Source: Candidatus Latescibacterota bacterium
GTDB taxonomy: Bacteria > Latescibacterota > UBA2968 > UBA8231
NCBI GenBank assembly: GCA_963422735.1
Contig: OY730476.1
Location: 2,112,001 to 2,176,000, forward strand
DNA length: 64,000 bases
Direction of reading: 5' to 3'
Made by a program: the position numbers and the translations under genes. Shown piece by piece: positions 29,444 to 39,309 of this stretch. The number at the start of each line of letters is the position of its first letter. Positions within the stretch are counted from its first letter, which is position 1. The notes beneath the pieces are model-generated. The model made no database searches. It saw nothing but the letters and a program-made list of their open reading frames with translations, and was not told where the DNA came from.

Positions 29444-30223
29444 TTAGGCCGGCAGGCCCATGAGATAGTTCCAGTTCTGACGGCGGATGGCGCGCTCCTT
29501 ATAGTGGTCGCTCTGGGAGACGCCTAACGGATTGGTGAAGTTGAGAATGTTAGTGACGTCCTCGGCCCGGTCGCGCTCGTTCCAGTCGGCGGGCTTGTTG
29601 GCCTCCTCTGGGTCGTGATTCCAAGTGGGTGCTGTGTTGTCCTGCGTACGGCGGAAGAGGAACTTGATCATGTGGCGCTTATGCGGCGAGCGGTTGGCGG
29701 CCGTGCCGTGCCAGAGGTCGTAGTGCGTGAAGGCCACGGTACCGGCCTTGACCACGAGCGGCACTTGGCCGCGGATGTTGGTGTACGTGGCCATGCGGTC
29801 TGTCGGCGCGTTGCGGAACTGGGTGCCGGGGACGATAATCGTCGGCCCCATGTCGGGCGTGACGTCGGTCGGGTAGTACAGCCCTAGGAAGCGATTGAGC
29901 AGTACGTCTCGGTTGTTGAGGCCGTCTTGGTGCCAATTCATCTGCGGGGAGTTCGGCTGCTTGCAGTGCCAGTGGCGATGCGACTGCACCTCGTAGTCCG
30001 GGCCGAGCAGGCTGACGAGCGCACCTTTGACGGTCGGATGGTCGAGCACTTGCCAGAGCTCGGGCACGACTTCGGTGATGGCGTCGCCGGGATTGTAGTC
30101 TAAAGCGTCGAGCTGGACAGCGATGGACTCGTTGATCCCGACGGGTAGTTCTGGCTCGACGATATGGTAGCCGGAGACGAGGAAACGGGCCACTTCGGCG
30201 TCGCTGAGCAAATGCTCATTCAT
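29444..30223 (-). CDS. PhyH family dioxygenase
   Basis: FLVSGY, WHQD, YYPTDV...MGPT, WHGT; ATG 30223 overlaps the upstream gene end, GGAGG RBS. Confidence 0.85.
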   Translation of the reverse strand: MNEHLLSDAEVARFLVSGYHIVEPELPVGINESIAVQLDALDYNPGDAITEVVPELWQVLDHPTVKGALVSLLGPDYEVQSHRHWHCKQPNSPQMNWHQDGLNNRDVLLNRFLGLYYPTDVTPDMGPTIIVPGTQFRNAPTDRMATYTNIRGQVPLVVKAGTVAFTHYDLWHGTAANRSPHKRHMIKFLFRRTQDNTAPTWNHDPEEANKPADWNERDRAEDVTNILNFTNPLGVSQSDHYKERAIRRQNWNYLMGLPA

Positions 30224-30500
30224 CGGCGATAACCTCCATTTTCTGTAGGATGAATTCATAGCCAATCACGTCCAACTCTCTGTCGTCGAAAGGAGCCTGA
30301 AGGTGAGGGAATTGGACGATTTGCCAGCCGTCAACTACGGCGTCGTGTACCGTTTCGTAGGGCCAATCGGGTGCTGATTCGGCGCAGATCTCGGGCACAA
30401 AGCCCTCGACCGGCTCGATGAGCGTTAGGCCGATGATATTGGACATGACACTGGGGGTGCGCGCTTGCAAGTAGAGCAGGCGTTGGCGGGGTGCATCCAT
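30216..30500 (-). CDS. small uncharacterised protein upstream of PhyH
   Basis: 94 aa, homologous to 37944-38345 (QxLLY, PY...DGW...FP...GxEFIL). Confidence 0.75.
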   Translation of the reverse strand: MDAPRQRLLYLQARTPSVMSNIIGLTLIEPVEGFVPEICAESAPDWPYETVHDAVVDGWQIVQFPHLQAPFDDRELDVIGYEFILQKMEVIADE

Positions 30501-30631
30501 TGAGGTTGAACCACTCCTGTAATACGGAGAGTGTACCGTGCTGCGCCTAATATAGAACGGCCGTGCTGCGCGGCCAATGACGCCCCTTGATAGCGGCTGC
30601 CATCTTCCTTAGCTTGCCCCGCTGAGGAGAT

Positions 30632-31609
30632 GTGAAAATGCAGTACAATACCCTAGGCCGCACGGGCGTCAAAGTGTCTACCCTGTGCTATGGTACTATG
30701 GCCTTTGGCGGCGATGCGGACGAGGCGACCTCCGGGCAGATGTATCGCTACTGCCGCGAGTTGGGAATCAATTTCTTCGACACGGCCAATGTCTATTCCA
30801 ACGGGCGTTCCGAGGAGATATTGGGCCGATTGATCCAAGGCGATCGCGATGAGTTGGTAATCACCTCGAAAGTCTGCGGCCCAATGGGCGATGGCCCCAA
30901 CGACCAAGGCTTGTCGCGGCGGCATATTGTGCAAGCCGTAGAGGCCAGTCTCAGGCGATTGCAGACGGATCGCCTCGACCTTTACTTCGTCCACAACTTC
31001 GACGAAGATACGCCGATGGAGGAGACCCTCGCCGCGCTCGACGACTTGGTGCGCGGCGGCAAAATCCTCTATCCGGCCGTGAGCAACTGGGCCGCTTGGC
31101 AGATTGCCAAGGCACTCGGCCACTGCGCTCGCGAAGGGCTGGCGCAGTTTGCGTGTATTCAGCCCATGTACAACTTGGCCAAGCGGCAAGTGGAGGTAGA
31201 AATCCTGCCTCTGGCCCGCTCAGAAGGCTTGGGCGTGATTACCTATAGCCCCTTAGGGGGCGGCTTGCTGACCGGCAAGTACGGGATCGACAAGCGGCCC
31301 GAGCAGGGTCGTCTCTTGCGGCAGGACAACTACATCAAGCGCTACGCCAAGCCTGTGTTCTACGAAATCGCCGAGCGCTTTGTGCGCTATGCCGACGACA
31401 AAGGCGTGCATCCGGCGACCTTGGCCGTCGCTTGGGTCATGGGGCATCGAGACGCGACCGCGCCGATCGTCGGCGGGCGCAACCTAGACCAGCTAAAGCC
31501 GTCGCTTGCCGCGCTCGATTTTGCCATGTCAGCCAAGATGCGCGCCGAGGTGTCGGCACTTTCTATCGCGCCGCCGCCAGCCACCGACCGCGACGAGGTA
31601 CAGACCTAA
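30632..31609 (+). CDS. aldo/keto reductase
   Basis: LGRTG, FDTANVY, SEEILG, YSPLGGGLLTGKY. Confidence 0.9.
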   Translation: MKMQYNTLGRTGVKVSTLCYGTMAFGGDADEATSGQMYRYCRELGINFFDTANVYSNGRSEEILGRLIQGDRDELVITSKVCGPMGDGPNDQGLSRRHIVQAVEASLRRLQTDRLDLYFVHNFDEDTPMEETLAALDDLVRGGKILYPAVSNWAAWQIAKALGHCAREGLAQFACIQPMYNLAKRQVEVEILPLARSEGLGVITYSPLGGGLLTGKYGIDKRPEQGRLLRQDNYIKRYAKPVFYEIAERFVRYADDKGVHPATLAVAWVMGHRDATAPIVGGRNLDQLKPSLAALDFAMSAKMRAEVSALSIAPPPATDRDEVQT

Positions 31610-31717
31610 GAAGCGGTCTGAAAACCCTCTAAAGTCGGCGTATAGGCACTCGCGCTCGGGTCACGCCTAAAGCCTGTCCCCGTGCAGACGGGGGGCGCGG
31701 TGAAGCAGACCGCTTCT
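31609..31717. mobile_element. MITE-like element with 12-bp terminal inverted repeats and nested hairpins
   Basis: AGAAGCGGTCTG (31609-31620) / CAGACCGCTTCT (31706-31717); non-coding. Confidence 0.55.
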
Positions 31718-31732
31718 GAAAGGAAAGGAACC

Positions 31733-32521
31733 ATGAGACCCAACAAGCTGCGCGAAAAACTCAACGCCGGCGAGCCGACGCTCGCCACTCACATCCACAC
31801 CACTTGGCCCTCGGTCGTCGAGGCCCTAGGGCATACGGGCGCGTACGACTATGTGGAATTTGTCGCCGAGTACGCCCCCTTTGACCTGCACGACTTGGAC
31901 AATCTCGCCCGAGCCGCCGAGTTATGGGATATGGGAACGATGATTAAGGTCGACGCCGAAAATCGCGCTTATGTGGCTCAACGAGCCATAGGATCGGGCT
32001 TCGGCAGTGTGCTCTTTGCCGATGTGCGCGACCCGGACGATGCGCGGGCCTGTGTGCGCTGTGTGCGCGCCGACGCGCCCGGGGACGAAGGTACCTATGG
32101 AGTCGCCATGCGGCGCGGTGCCTATATGTCCTATGGCGGCACCCCGGAGTACGTCCAATCTCTGCGCGATGTGGTCGTGGTTTTGATGGTTGAAAAGAAA
32201 AGTGCCGTTGCCGACCTAGAGGCCATGCTCTCGGTAGAAGGAGTCGAGATGGTCCAATGGGGAGGGGCCGATTACTCCATGAGCGTCGGCAAGGCTGGCC
32301 AGCGCGGCGCACCGGAGATTGCCGCAGCCAAAGAAAAGGTCTTTAAGACGGCCTTGGAAATGGGCGTACATCCGCGCGCCGAGATCAACACAGCCAACGA
32401 CGCCAGACGCTATCTCGACATGGGGGTACGGCACTTCAGCCTCGGCACGGATATATCGGTTCTATACGGATATTGGCGCGACCAAGGCGAGGCGATGCGG
32501 CGGGCGCTGGAGGGCGAGTAA
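31733..32521 (+). CDS. HpcH/HpaI aldolase family
   Basis: MRPNKLREKL, YVEFVAEY, MVEK, GGADYS. Confidence 0.8.
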   Translation: MRPNKLREKLNAGEPTLATHIHTTWPSVVEALGHTGAYDYVEFVAEYAPFDLHDLDNLARAAELWDMGTMIKVDAENRAYVAQRAIGSGFGSVLFADVRDPDDARACVRCVRADAPGDEGTYGVAMRRGAYMSYGGTPEYVQSLRDVVVVLMVEKKSAVADLEAMLSVEGVEMVQWGGADYSMSVGKAGQRGAPEIAAAKEKVFKTALEMGVHPRAEINTANDARRYLDMGVRHFSLGTDISVLYGYWRDQGEAMRRALEGE

Positions 32522-32564
32522 GTGGATCGCACTGCTCGCCCCAAGTAGCAACGCAACTAATTGT

Positions 32565-32692
32565 GCAGCAGATAGCTTGCCCGCTCTTAAGATGTTGTAA
32601 AAATCTTGGCTGAGAATGCCGTATTTTTCTTCGCAGAGCGCGAGTCGCCGTTCAAGCTGCTCCATCTCAAGGACGAGTTCGTGAAGCTCCAT
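32565..32692 (-). pseudogene. 5' fragment of a small antitoxin-like protein
   Basis: MELHELVLEMEQLERRLALCEEKYGILSQDFY...GKL with AAGGAG RBS; the frame then runs antisense into the aldolase gene. Confidence 0.4.
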
Positions 32693-32753
32693 TGCAGTTC
32701 TCCTTTTTTGGATGGGGACCGCGCTATAAAATTGGTGCGCCTTCCCCCCCGGC

Positions 32754-33878
32754 CTACCAGTCCACGACCGACCCGTCGTCGGAGTCAAGCCTAACTCGAT
32801 AGGGACTCGGTTCGCCGACTTGGTCCATGAGCTTGTCTTCGTTGATGGTGATGCCGAGACCGGAATCGGTGGGCAGGGGTCGGTGGCCGTTGGTGACCGG
32901 TGGCAAGGGCTTGGCGAGCAGGTCCGCGTATTCGTTGTCGCCGCGCTCTTGGATGAGAAAGTTGGGGATGGCAGCGGCGATTTGCAGACTCGCTGCGAGC
33001 GAACAGGGACCTTGGGGGTTGTGCGGGGCCAGCGGCGAGTAGTAGGCCTCGGCCATGCCAGCGATGATCTTCAATTCGGTGATGCCGCCGGCATAGCAGA
33101 TATCCGGCTGGAGGATGTGGGCGGCGCGCTTTTCGAGAATTTCCTTGAACCCCCACTTGGTAAAGATGCGCTCGCCGGTGGCAATGGGGATGTGGGTCTT
33201 TTCGGCGAGCTCGGCCATGACATCGACGTTGAGGGCCTGCACAATTTCCTCGTAGAACCAAGGGTGATACGGTTCGAGAGCTTTGATGAGCAGCAGGGCA
33301 GTAGGGGGCTGCACCGCGCCGTGGAAGTCAACGGCGATATCGACGCCGGAGCCGTGTTGTTCACGGAGTGCCTTGAAACGCTCGACGACCTCATCGACGA
33401 ATTTCTGGCCCTCGATGTATTTGAAGGGGGAACGCGAAGTGCCTGGACCCACCTTTATGGCGTTGACGCCGGTCTTCTCACTTACTTCGCCATAAACCCG
33501 CACCCGATCGCGAGTGGGGCCGCCGAGTAGTTTATACACGGGCACACCATAGCATTTTCCGGTAATATCCCAAAGGGCCTGATCAATGCCGGAGGAAATA
33601 GCGGTTTTGATCGGGCCGCCGCGATAGAAGGCTCCTCGGTGAATGGCCTGCCAGTGGTGGGTGACTGGGCGGGGATCCTTTCCCACTAGGTAGTCGGCGA
33701 CTTCGAGCGCACCCGCAGCACAGGCCTTGGCGTCGTCCTTGAGCATTTCGCCCCAACCGGTGATGCCCGCGTCCGTCGAGATCTTGACGAAGACCCAAGA
33801 GTTTCTGAGAACGAATGTCTCGATCTTGGTTATCTTAATCGCATCGTTGGGTCCGATAGGGGCTTCCGTACTCGACAT
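32754..33878 (-). CDS. dgoD: galactonate dehydratase-like
   Basis: FYRGGP, GIDQALWDITGK, DFHG, IATGER, APHNPQGP, FLIQE. Confidence 0.75.
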   Translation of the reverse strand: MSSTEAPIGPNDAIKITKIETFVLRNSWVFVKISTDAGITGWGEMLKDDAKACAAGALEVADYLVGKDPRPVTHHWQAIHRGAFYRGGPIKTAISSGIDQALWDITGKCYGVPVYKLLGGPTRDRVRVYGEVSEKTGVNAIKVGPGTSRSPFKYIEGQKFVDEVVERFKALREQHGSGVDIAVDFHGAVQPPTALLLIKALEPYHPWFYEEIVQALNVDVMAELAEKTHIPIATGERIFTKWGFKEILEKRAAHILQPDICYAGGITELKIIAGMAEAYYSPLAPHNPQGPCSLAASLQIAAAIPNFLIQERGDNEYADLLAKPLPPVTNGHRPLPTDSGLGITINEDKLMDQVGEPSPYRVRLDSDDGSVVDW

Positions 33879-33986
33879 GATGGTAATCCTTTGGTTACAG
33901 GGCGATCAGTTGCTGTATGGACGGTCCTTCGCGGGAAGGACGAACGGAGTTATCAGCTATTGGGCCAAGGGCTGTGGATGAGCTCG

Positions 33987-34999
33987 TTATAGCTGAGTAG
34001 ATGCAACAGAAGTCGCGCTGGCAATGCGCCAGCGGCCGTCGAGATCACAGGCTTCGTAGAACATGCGGAAGCGGCCGTCGGCAAGGTCAATCACACACGG
34101 CTCTGAGGCCTTGGCTGCGTCCCATGGTCCCCCATGGTCAATGCAGATTCCCGGATCCTTGACCCACTGAAGACCATCCTTGGAAAATGCGCTGAAGATT
34201 CTGCCGTGATACTTTGATCCACGGGGCACCTCCGGAGCCGACGTCCAGCCTGCGTAGTACATCCGGAAGCCGCCCTCGCCTAGGCGCAGGACCTCCGGAG
34301 CATAGACGGCGTAGCTTTCGAAAGCTCGGTCTTGGGATATGCGAACGCCGGGCTCCAAATCAAACTCTAGACCATCTTCTGACACTGCGCTGACGATGTT
34401 TTTATGGTTGCAAGCGCTTGGCAGCGAAACATCCGGATAGGGATAGGCACTAGCGTAGAGGCGCAAGCGGGGGCCACCCTGCTCTGCGGCCGGGTCGAGG
34501 TGGAGACATCGAGGTGCCAAGTAGGAGACGCTTTCTCCGGCTAGGCGCAGGCCCGGCTCTCGTTCCCAGACCAGACCGTCGTTGGAAACAGAACTGACAA
34601 TTGCGGCCTTAACTTGGCCGTCCTCCTTCTCTGTCTTTCCCTCGTAATACATGCGGTAGCGGCCGTCCGCTAGAGGAATGACGTCTGGGCTCCAGATGTA
34701 GTGCTCGGCACCGTCCCCGCCCGCATCCATTCTGACCCCCAGCTCCTTCTCCCAGTGCTCGGCATCGGTGGAGAAGGCACTCAGGATGTAACCCTTTGAA
34801 GCTACATTTGACGCTCCGGCCCAAGGCCGTGATAGTACATGCGGTATCCGTCTTCCATTCTGACCACGTTCGGAGTGAGGGTTCGGTCCGAATCGAGAGG
34901 TCCGTCGGAATCGATGGCGACGTCGGCGTCCTTGATCCACTGAGTTCCGGGATCTACATCCTGATAGTGGACAGATCTCAGCATATTTGCAAATGTCAT
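33987..34999 (-). pseudogene. five-bladed beta-propeller glycoside-hydrolase-like protein, single frameshift
   Basis: Repeated P-x-V...GxYRMYY...SAxSxDGLxW blades; N-terminal blade (34802-34999) is out of frame with the rest at about 34808. Confidence 0.65.
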
Positions 35000-35107
35000 T
35001 TCGGTCTCTTAGCGTCGGTCCACTAGGCAGCACCTTTGCTACCACAAAGCTTTGCTCGTAGGCACCTCGCATTGAGGTCGTCGGCCTAAAAGTCGCTAGG
35101 CACTGAC

Positions 35108-35902
35108 CTACTGCTTGCGCCGAGCACCTTGGCGACCGACCCGATAGCTACTCGCCGTATAGGTCAGCGTCTGCCCAGGCTGCATCTGTACCACCTGCGT
35201 ATTCGGCGAGAGGAATTTTACCGCTTCGCTCAATGCGCCGATGTCAGCCGGCTGATGCATAATCGGCCCGTAGTGACAGGGAATGACGATATCGGGGCGG
35301 ATCAGGCTCGCCGCTCGTGCGGCTTCGCGGATCCCCATTGTGTACTGACCACCCACCGGCAAAATCGCGATCTGCGGTCCGTACATCTGGCCAATGAGCT
35401 GCATATCGCTGAACAGGCAGGTATCGGCCGTATCGTATATGGAGATGCCGTTGTTGTAAGCCACGACGAAGCCATTGACTGCGCTGTCGGGGTGGAACAG
35501 CAGCCCCGCCGGCAGCTCGGCACCGATCACGTGTGTCGATAGCGACTGCGAGTGGTGGCCCTGCACCATGGTGATCGCGGCATCTTTGACCTTGACCGCG
35601 CCGCCGGGGTTAATCGACAGTGCTCGCGAGCCCACCTTGAGCCCATGCACCGTCTCAGCAACCAAGCAAAGCTCGTAGTTGCCGACAAATTTGGCCTTAG
35701 TGCGCTTGCAGATCTCGTAGGAGTCGCCGATGTGGTCGCTGTGGCCGTGGCTGGCGATGACGATATCGGCTTCTTTAACTTGGCTGAGCTTCATCTTGGC
35801 GGTGGGATTGTCGTCGAGCCAAGCGTCGAAGTAGGTGACCGACTTGTCGGACTCGAAGCGGAAAGAAGCGTGGCCGATAAAGGTGATTTTCACGGATGCC
35901 AT
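35108..35902 (-). CDS. metallo-beta-lactamase-fold hydrolase (UPF0173-like)
   Basis: GHASF, SHGHSDH, DTCLFSDM, IPCHY. Confidence 0.85.
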   Translation of the reverse strand: MASVKITFIGHASFRFESDKSVTYFDAWLDDNPTAKMKLSQVKEADIVIASHGHSDHIGDSYEICKRTKAKFVGNYELCLVAETVHGLKVGSRALSINPGGAVKVKDAAITMVQGHHSQSLSTHVIGAELPAGLLFHPDSAVNGFVVAYNNGISIYDTADTCLFSDMQLIGQMYGPQIAILPVGGQYTMGIREAARAASLIRPDIVIPCHYGPIMHQPADIGALSEAVKFLSPNTQVVQMQPGQTLTYTASSYRVGRQGARRKQ

Positions 35903-35919
35903 AGGAATGGTCCTTTCTG

Positions 35920-36738
35920 TTAGCGTTGGCTTAGATCGTCGCCAAGGTCTGTTGAGTCGAACTGCCCCTTCTCGGCGCAGACGGCGACGACCAACAATTC
36001 GAGATTTTCTCGTGTGTGGTTATAGAGGCCGTGGCTGCCTCCCAACCGGCTGGGAATCGCGTCCCACTGCGCGACCTCCCGCGTCTCATCGTCCACCGTC
36101 ATTCGCCCACTTCCCCTGATGATGATATAGACCTCCTCGACGCCTTCGTGGCGGTGGTAGCCGAGCGAGGTGTCCGGCGGCAACAGACAGTGGGCCAAAC
36201 AGTAGAAATTGCTGCGGAAATCCTCCGGCCCCCAGATGCGCCGGCCGCCGACTTCGCCCTTGCCGCCGTGCGCTTGTCCATATTTTAGCGCAGCACGGTC
36301 CAGCCGCCCCACCGGCAGGCGGTCGGTGGGCTCCAATTCAGCACCGACCCGGTCGTCGCCCAGATCGGTCGATTTGGGATCGCCTCCGGGCACCACGCAG
36401 TGGACGTTGAACCAGCGCGTCTCGCAGTCGGTGTGGTTGTAGATGGCGTGGGTCTCGCCCGAGCGCAACGGCACCGCAGCCCCGCCCTCGACTATGGCCG
36501 TGCGCCCGTTGTGGGTGAACTGCGAGGCGTTGTCGATGGCGATGAAAATCTCCTCGCTGTCGTCGTGGCGGTGGTAGCCAATCCCGCCGCCTGGTAGGAG
36601 GATCGCGCAGTGGACGAAGGCGAAGGGCGTCTCAAAATCGGCGCGGTCCCATAGGCTGTTGAAGAGGATCGTCCCGGCACCGCCGTGGACATCGCTCAGC
36701 TCCTTCATGCTCGCACGCTCGGCTCTTGCTATGCGCAT
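35920..36738 (-). CDS. bicupin protein
   Basis: Two cupin repeats GYHRH..EE...H(A/G)(I/L)YN. Confidence 0.8.
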   Translation of the reverse strand: MRIARAERASMKELSDVHGGAGTILFNSLWDRADFETPFAFVHCAILLPGGGIGYHRHDDSEEIFIAIDNASQFTHNGRTAIVEGGAAVPLRSGETHAIYNHTDCETRWFNVHCVVPGGDPKSTDLGDDRVGAELEPTDRLPVGRLDRAALKYGQAHGGKGEVGGRRIWGPEDFRSNFYCLAHCLLPPDTSLGYHRHEGVEEVYIIIRGSGRMTVDDETREVAQWDAIPSRLGGSHGLYNHTRENLELLVVAVCAEKGQFDSTDLGDDLSQR

Positions 36739-36745
36739 GACGGCC

Positions 36746-37117
36746 TCATTTCTCGCGGTGGAAGAGCTGAAGGTTCAGTTGGTTTGGCCCCTCGAAAAAA
36801 CCCAAGGTGATGCCGGTCCCTCCGCCGACGTCAAAAGGCTCTTTGGTGATGGTGACTCCCTTGTCCTTCAACTCCTGCGCGCTGTCTTCCGCGCTATCGA
36901 CCTCGAAGGAGATGTGGTGGAAGCCAGGGTCCTGTCCCATGCTCTTTTGTGGCATGAGCTCTAGCAGGATACCGCCCGCGTCGAGGAATACATAGTCCTC
37001 GTCGTCGTCGTTGGCAAAGCGCTCCACCACGGTCAGCCCTAGTTTTTGCGTGTAGAATTCTACTGCTCCTTCGATATCATCGGTTATGACCGCGATTTTG
37101 TGGATTTTGTGTACCAT
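36746..37117 (-). CDS. VOC/glyoxalase family protein
   Basis: AVEFYTQKLGL, LELM, GFHHISFEV. Confidence 0.85.
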   Translation of the reverse strand: MVHKIHKIAVITDDIEGAVEFYTQKLGLTVVERFANDDDEDYVFLDAGGILLELMPQKSMGQDPGFHHISFEVDSAEDSAQELKDKGVTITKEPFDVGGGTGITLGFFEGPNQLNLQLFHREK

Positions 37118-37134
37118 CGAATCTCTCCTCGTCG

Positions 37135-37932
37135 TTAGCTAACCTGTTCGCGATCGAGGTGCTTGCGCAGCCGCCGCCCAACCACGCCGATCTGGTGTTT
37201 GAAGTCTTGGAAAGTATAGCTCTGGTGCGATTTCCAGTAGGAGTTCCATAGCGCGTCGTCCTTGTCCTTGACCTCGGCTAGCCGCGTCAGCGAGCGGCCC
37301 AACTCGGTGCGGCGGAAGTTGCGATGGGCTTGCTTAGTCAGGTAGTAGCCGTATTGAGAATCGGCCGTCTCGTAGCCGTATTTGATCATGGAGCGCGGCT
37401 TGGCGGACCAATGCGCGGCGCGGGCGTGGAGAATCGAGGCAAAGGTCACGGCGAGGGCACCGGCCTTGACGATCACTTTCTGCTGCCCGCGGATCCAGCC
37501 CAGCTTAGCGGTCTGCGGCGGCGTGTAGAGCCGCCGGTGGCTACCGGGCAACAGCATGGTCGGCCCCATGTCCTCCTCCACATCCTGTGGGTAGTACATG
37601 CACAAGATCTCGGTCAGCGGCCGGTCGGCCATATAGGTGTCGTCCACGTGCCAGCCGCCGCCGTCGCTTTGGCCCCCTTGCGTAAGGTGGTTCCAGAAGC
37701 GGAAGGGGCTGATGGCGACCTCGGGCGTCTCCAGCAGGAAGGCGATGAATTCGACGACCTTGGGATGGCAGAGCAAATCGCCGATGCTCTCGCGCTCGAA
37801 GATGTCGATGGACCCGAACTGGTGGGCGTCCTGCTTGGTCCGCTCTACTAGTTCGGGCTCGAGCCAGCCGTCGAGTACGACGTAGCCGGCGTCGAAGAAT
37901 TCTTTTTTTAGCTCTTTCCAGTTGGCTTCCAT
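37135..37932 (-). CDS. PhyH family dioxygenase
   Basis: FFDAGY, WHVD, YYPQDV...MGPT..LPGSH, LHAR. Confidence 0.85.
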   Translation of the reverse strand: MEANWKELKKEFFDAGYVVLDGWLEPELVERTKQDAHQFGSIDIFERESIGDLLCHPKVVEFIAFLLETPEVAISPFRFWNHLTQGGQSDGGGWHVDDTYMADRPLTEILCMYYPQDVEEDMGPTMLLPGSHRRLYTPPQTAKLGWIRGQQKVIVKAGALAVTFASILHARAAHWSAKPRSMIKYGYETADSQYGYYLTKQAHRNFRRTELGRSLTRLAEVKDKDDALWNSYWKSHQSYTFQDFKHQIGVVGRRLRKHLDREQVS

Positions 37933-37943
37933 AGTCCCTCCGT

Positions 37944-38345
37944 TTATTGGCGCTGGCCGTGCGGCGTGTAATCCAGCCCCTCGCCGGGCTGGAAATAACG
38001 CTCTAGGATAAACTCAAAACCGAGTTGGTTGTGGGCGTTTTCCAGCGGGTATTCCACGCCCGGAAAAGACACCACCCGCCACCCGTCGGCCATGGCCGCG
38101 GCCGCGTTGGCATACGGACATTCGTTTTTGGGGTCGAAGCGGAACTCGCTATCGAAGGGGCCGAAGTAGTTCCACGCGATGACGCCCGCGTCGATGCGGT
38201 CTTGGTCGGCCCAGATGTAGAGGAGGTGCTGCTGCTCGCCGCCCTGTAGGTCGCGCAGCGCGTCTAAGTCCTGCAAGGTGACGCCCGCGCCGCTTAAAAT
38301 TTTCTCTTGCGACTGGCGTATCCAGCCGTCTATGGCAGTGGTCAT
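37944..38345 (-). CDS. small uncharacterised protein upstream of PhyH
   Basis: 133 aa from ATG 38345 (GGAG RBS); homologous to 30216-30500. Confidence 0.75.
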   Translation of the reverse strand: MTTAIDGWIRQSQEKILSGAGVTLQDLDALRDLQGGEQQHLLYIWADQDRIDAGVIAWNYFGPFDSEFRFDPKNECPYANAAAAMADGWRVVSFPGVEYPLENAHNQLGFEFILERYFQPGEGLDYTPHGQRQ

Positions 38346-38475
38346 ATTGGCTCCGGTAGGTTCAAATTTCGGCAGCAAATATAGAGCGTACGAACGAATC
38401 GCCGCAAGCGCGGCAGGGCTTGGCCGCTGCTAGTGGTGCCCCTATGTTCTGAGCCAAACAAATCAGGAGGCTGTC

Positions 38476-39306
38476 ATGTCTCATCCGCTTTTCGATCTAT
38501 CCAACCGCGTCGCCTTGGTCTCTGGTGCGGCCAGCGGCCTCGGCAAAGCCATGGCCACCGGCTTTGCCGAAGCAGGGGCCGACCTTGTCTTGGCCGACAT
38601 CAACGCCGATGGTTTGGCCACGACGGCTCGCGAAATGGGTACCTTGGGTCGCCGCGTTCTTCCGGTGGCGTGCGACACGTCCCAACCCGATCAGATCCGC
38701 ACCATGTTTGAATTAGTAGATGCAGAATACGGCCGCATTGACATTGTGGGCAACGTCGCTGGCAATGCGCGGCGCAATACCCCGCTCGACCTGACGCCCG
38801 AGGAGGTCGAGTTTACCCTGCAAAATCTCGTCGTGGGTCGCTTGGTCTGTTGCCAAGAGGCCGGTCGGCGCATGATGGCCTCGAGTAGCGGCGGCAGCAT
38901 CATCAACCTCGTGTCGATCGCCGGCATTAACGCCCTCGGTCGCAGTCATCTCTCGTACAGCATGGGCATGGGTGCCGCCGCGCAGATGACCCGCGAGCTG
39001 AGCACGGAGTGGGCCGCCAAGGGCGTGCGCGTCAACGCCATTGTCTGCGCCCAGCTAATGAACGCCGACCTAAAGGAGCGCATCGCCGCAGATTCCACGC
39101 TAGGCGAAACCTATTTGCGCGGCCTTCCCATAGGCCGCCTCGGCGACTCCAACGACATCAAAGGCGCGGCGATTTTCCTCGCCTCGGACGCCTCGGCTTG
39201 GATCACCGGCGCGATGATACCCCTAGATGGCGGCAACCTCTCCAAGAACGCTGGCGGCTCGCATCCGGGAATGCCCAACGCGCCCGCAGAGCAAATCGGC
39301 CTCTAA
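38476..39306 (+). CDS. short-chain dehydrogenase/reductase
   Basis: SGAASGLG, GRID, GGSIIN, GVRVNAI, DGG; catalytic motif is YSMGM rather than YxxxK. Confidence 0.85.
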   Translation: MSHPLFDLSNRVALVSGAASGLGKAMATGFAEAGADLVLADINADGLATTAREMGTLGRRVLPVACDTSQPDQIRTMFELVDAEYGRIDIVGNVAGNARRNTPLDLTPEEVEFTLQNLVVGRLVCCQEAGRRMMASSSGGSIINLVSIAGINALGRSHLSYSMGMGAAAQMTRELSTEWAAKGVRVNAIVCAQLMNADLKERIAADSTLGETYLRGLPIGRLGDSNDIKGAAIFLASDASAWITGAMIPLDGGNLSKNAGGSHPGMPNAPAEQIGL

Positions 39307-39309
39307 GCC

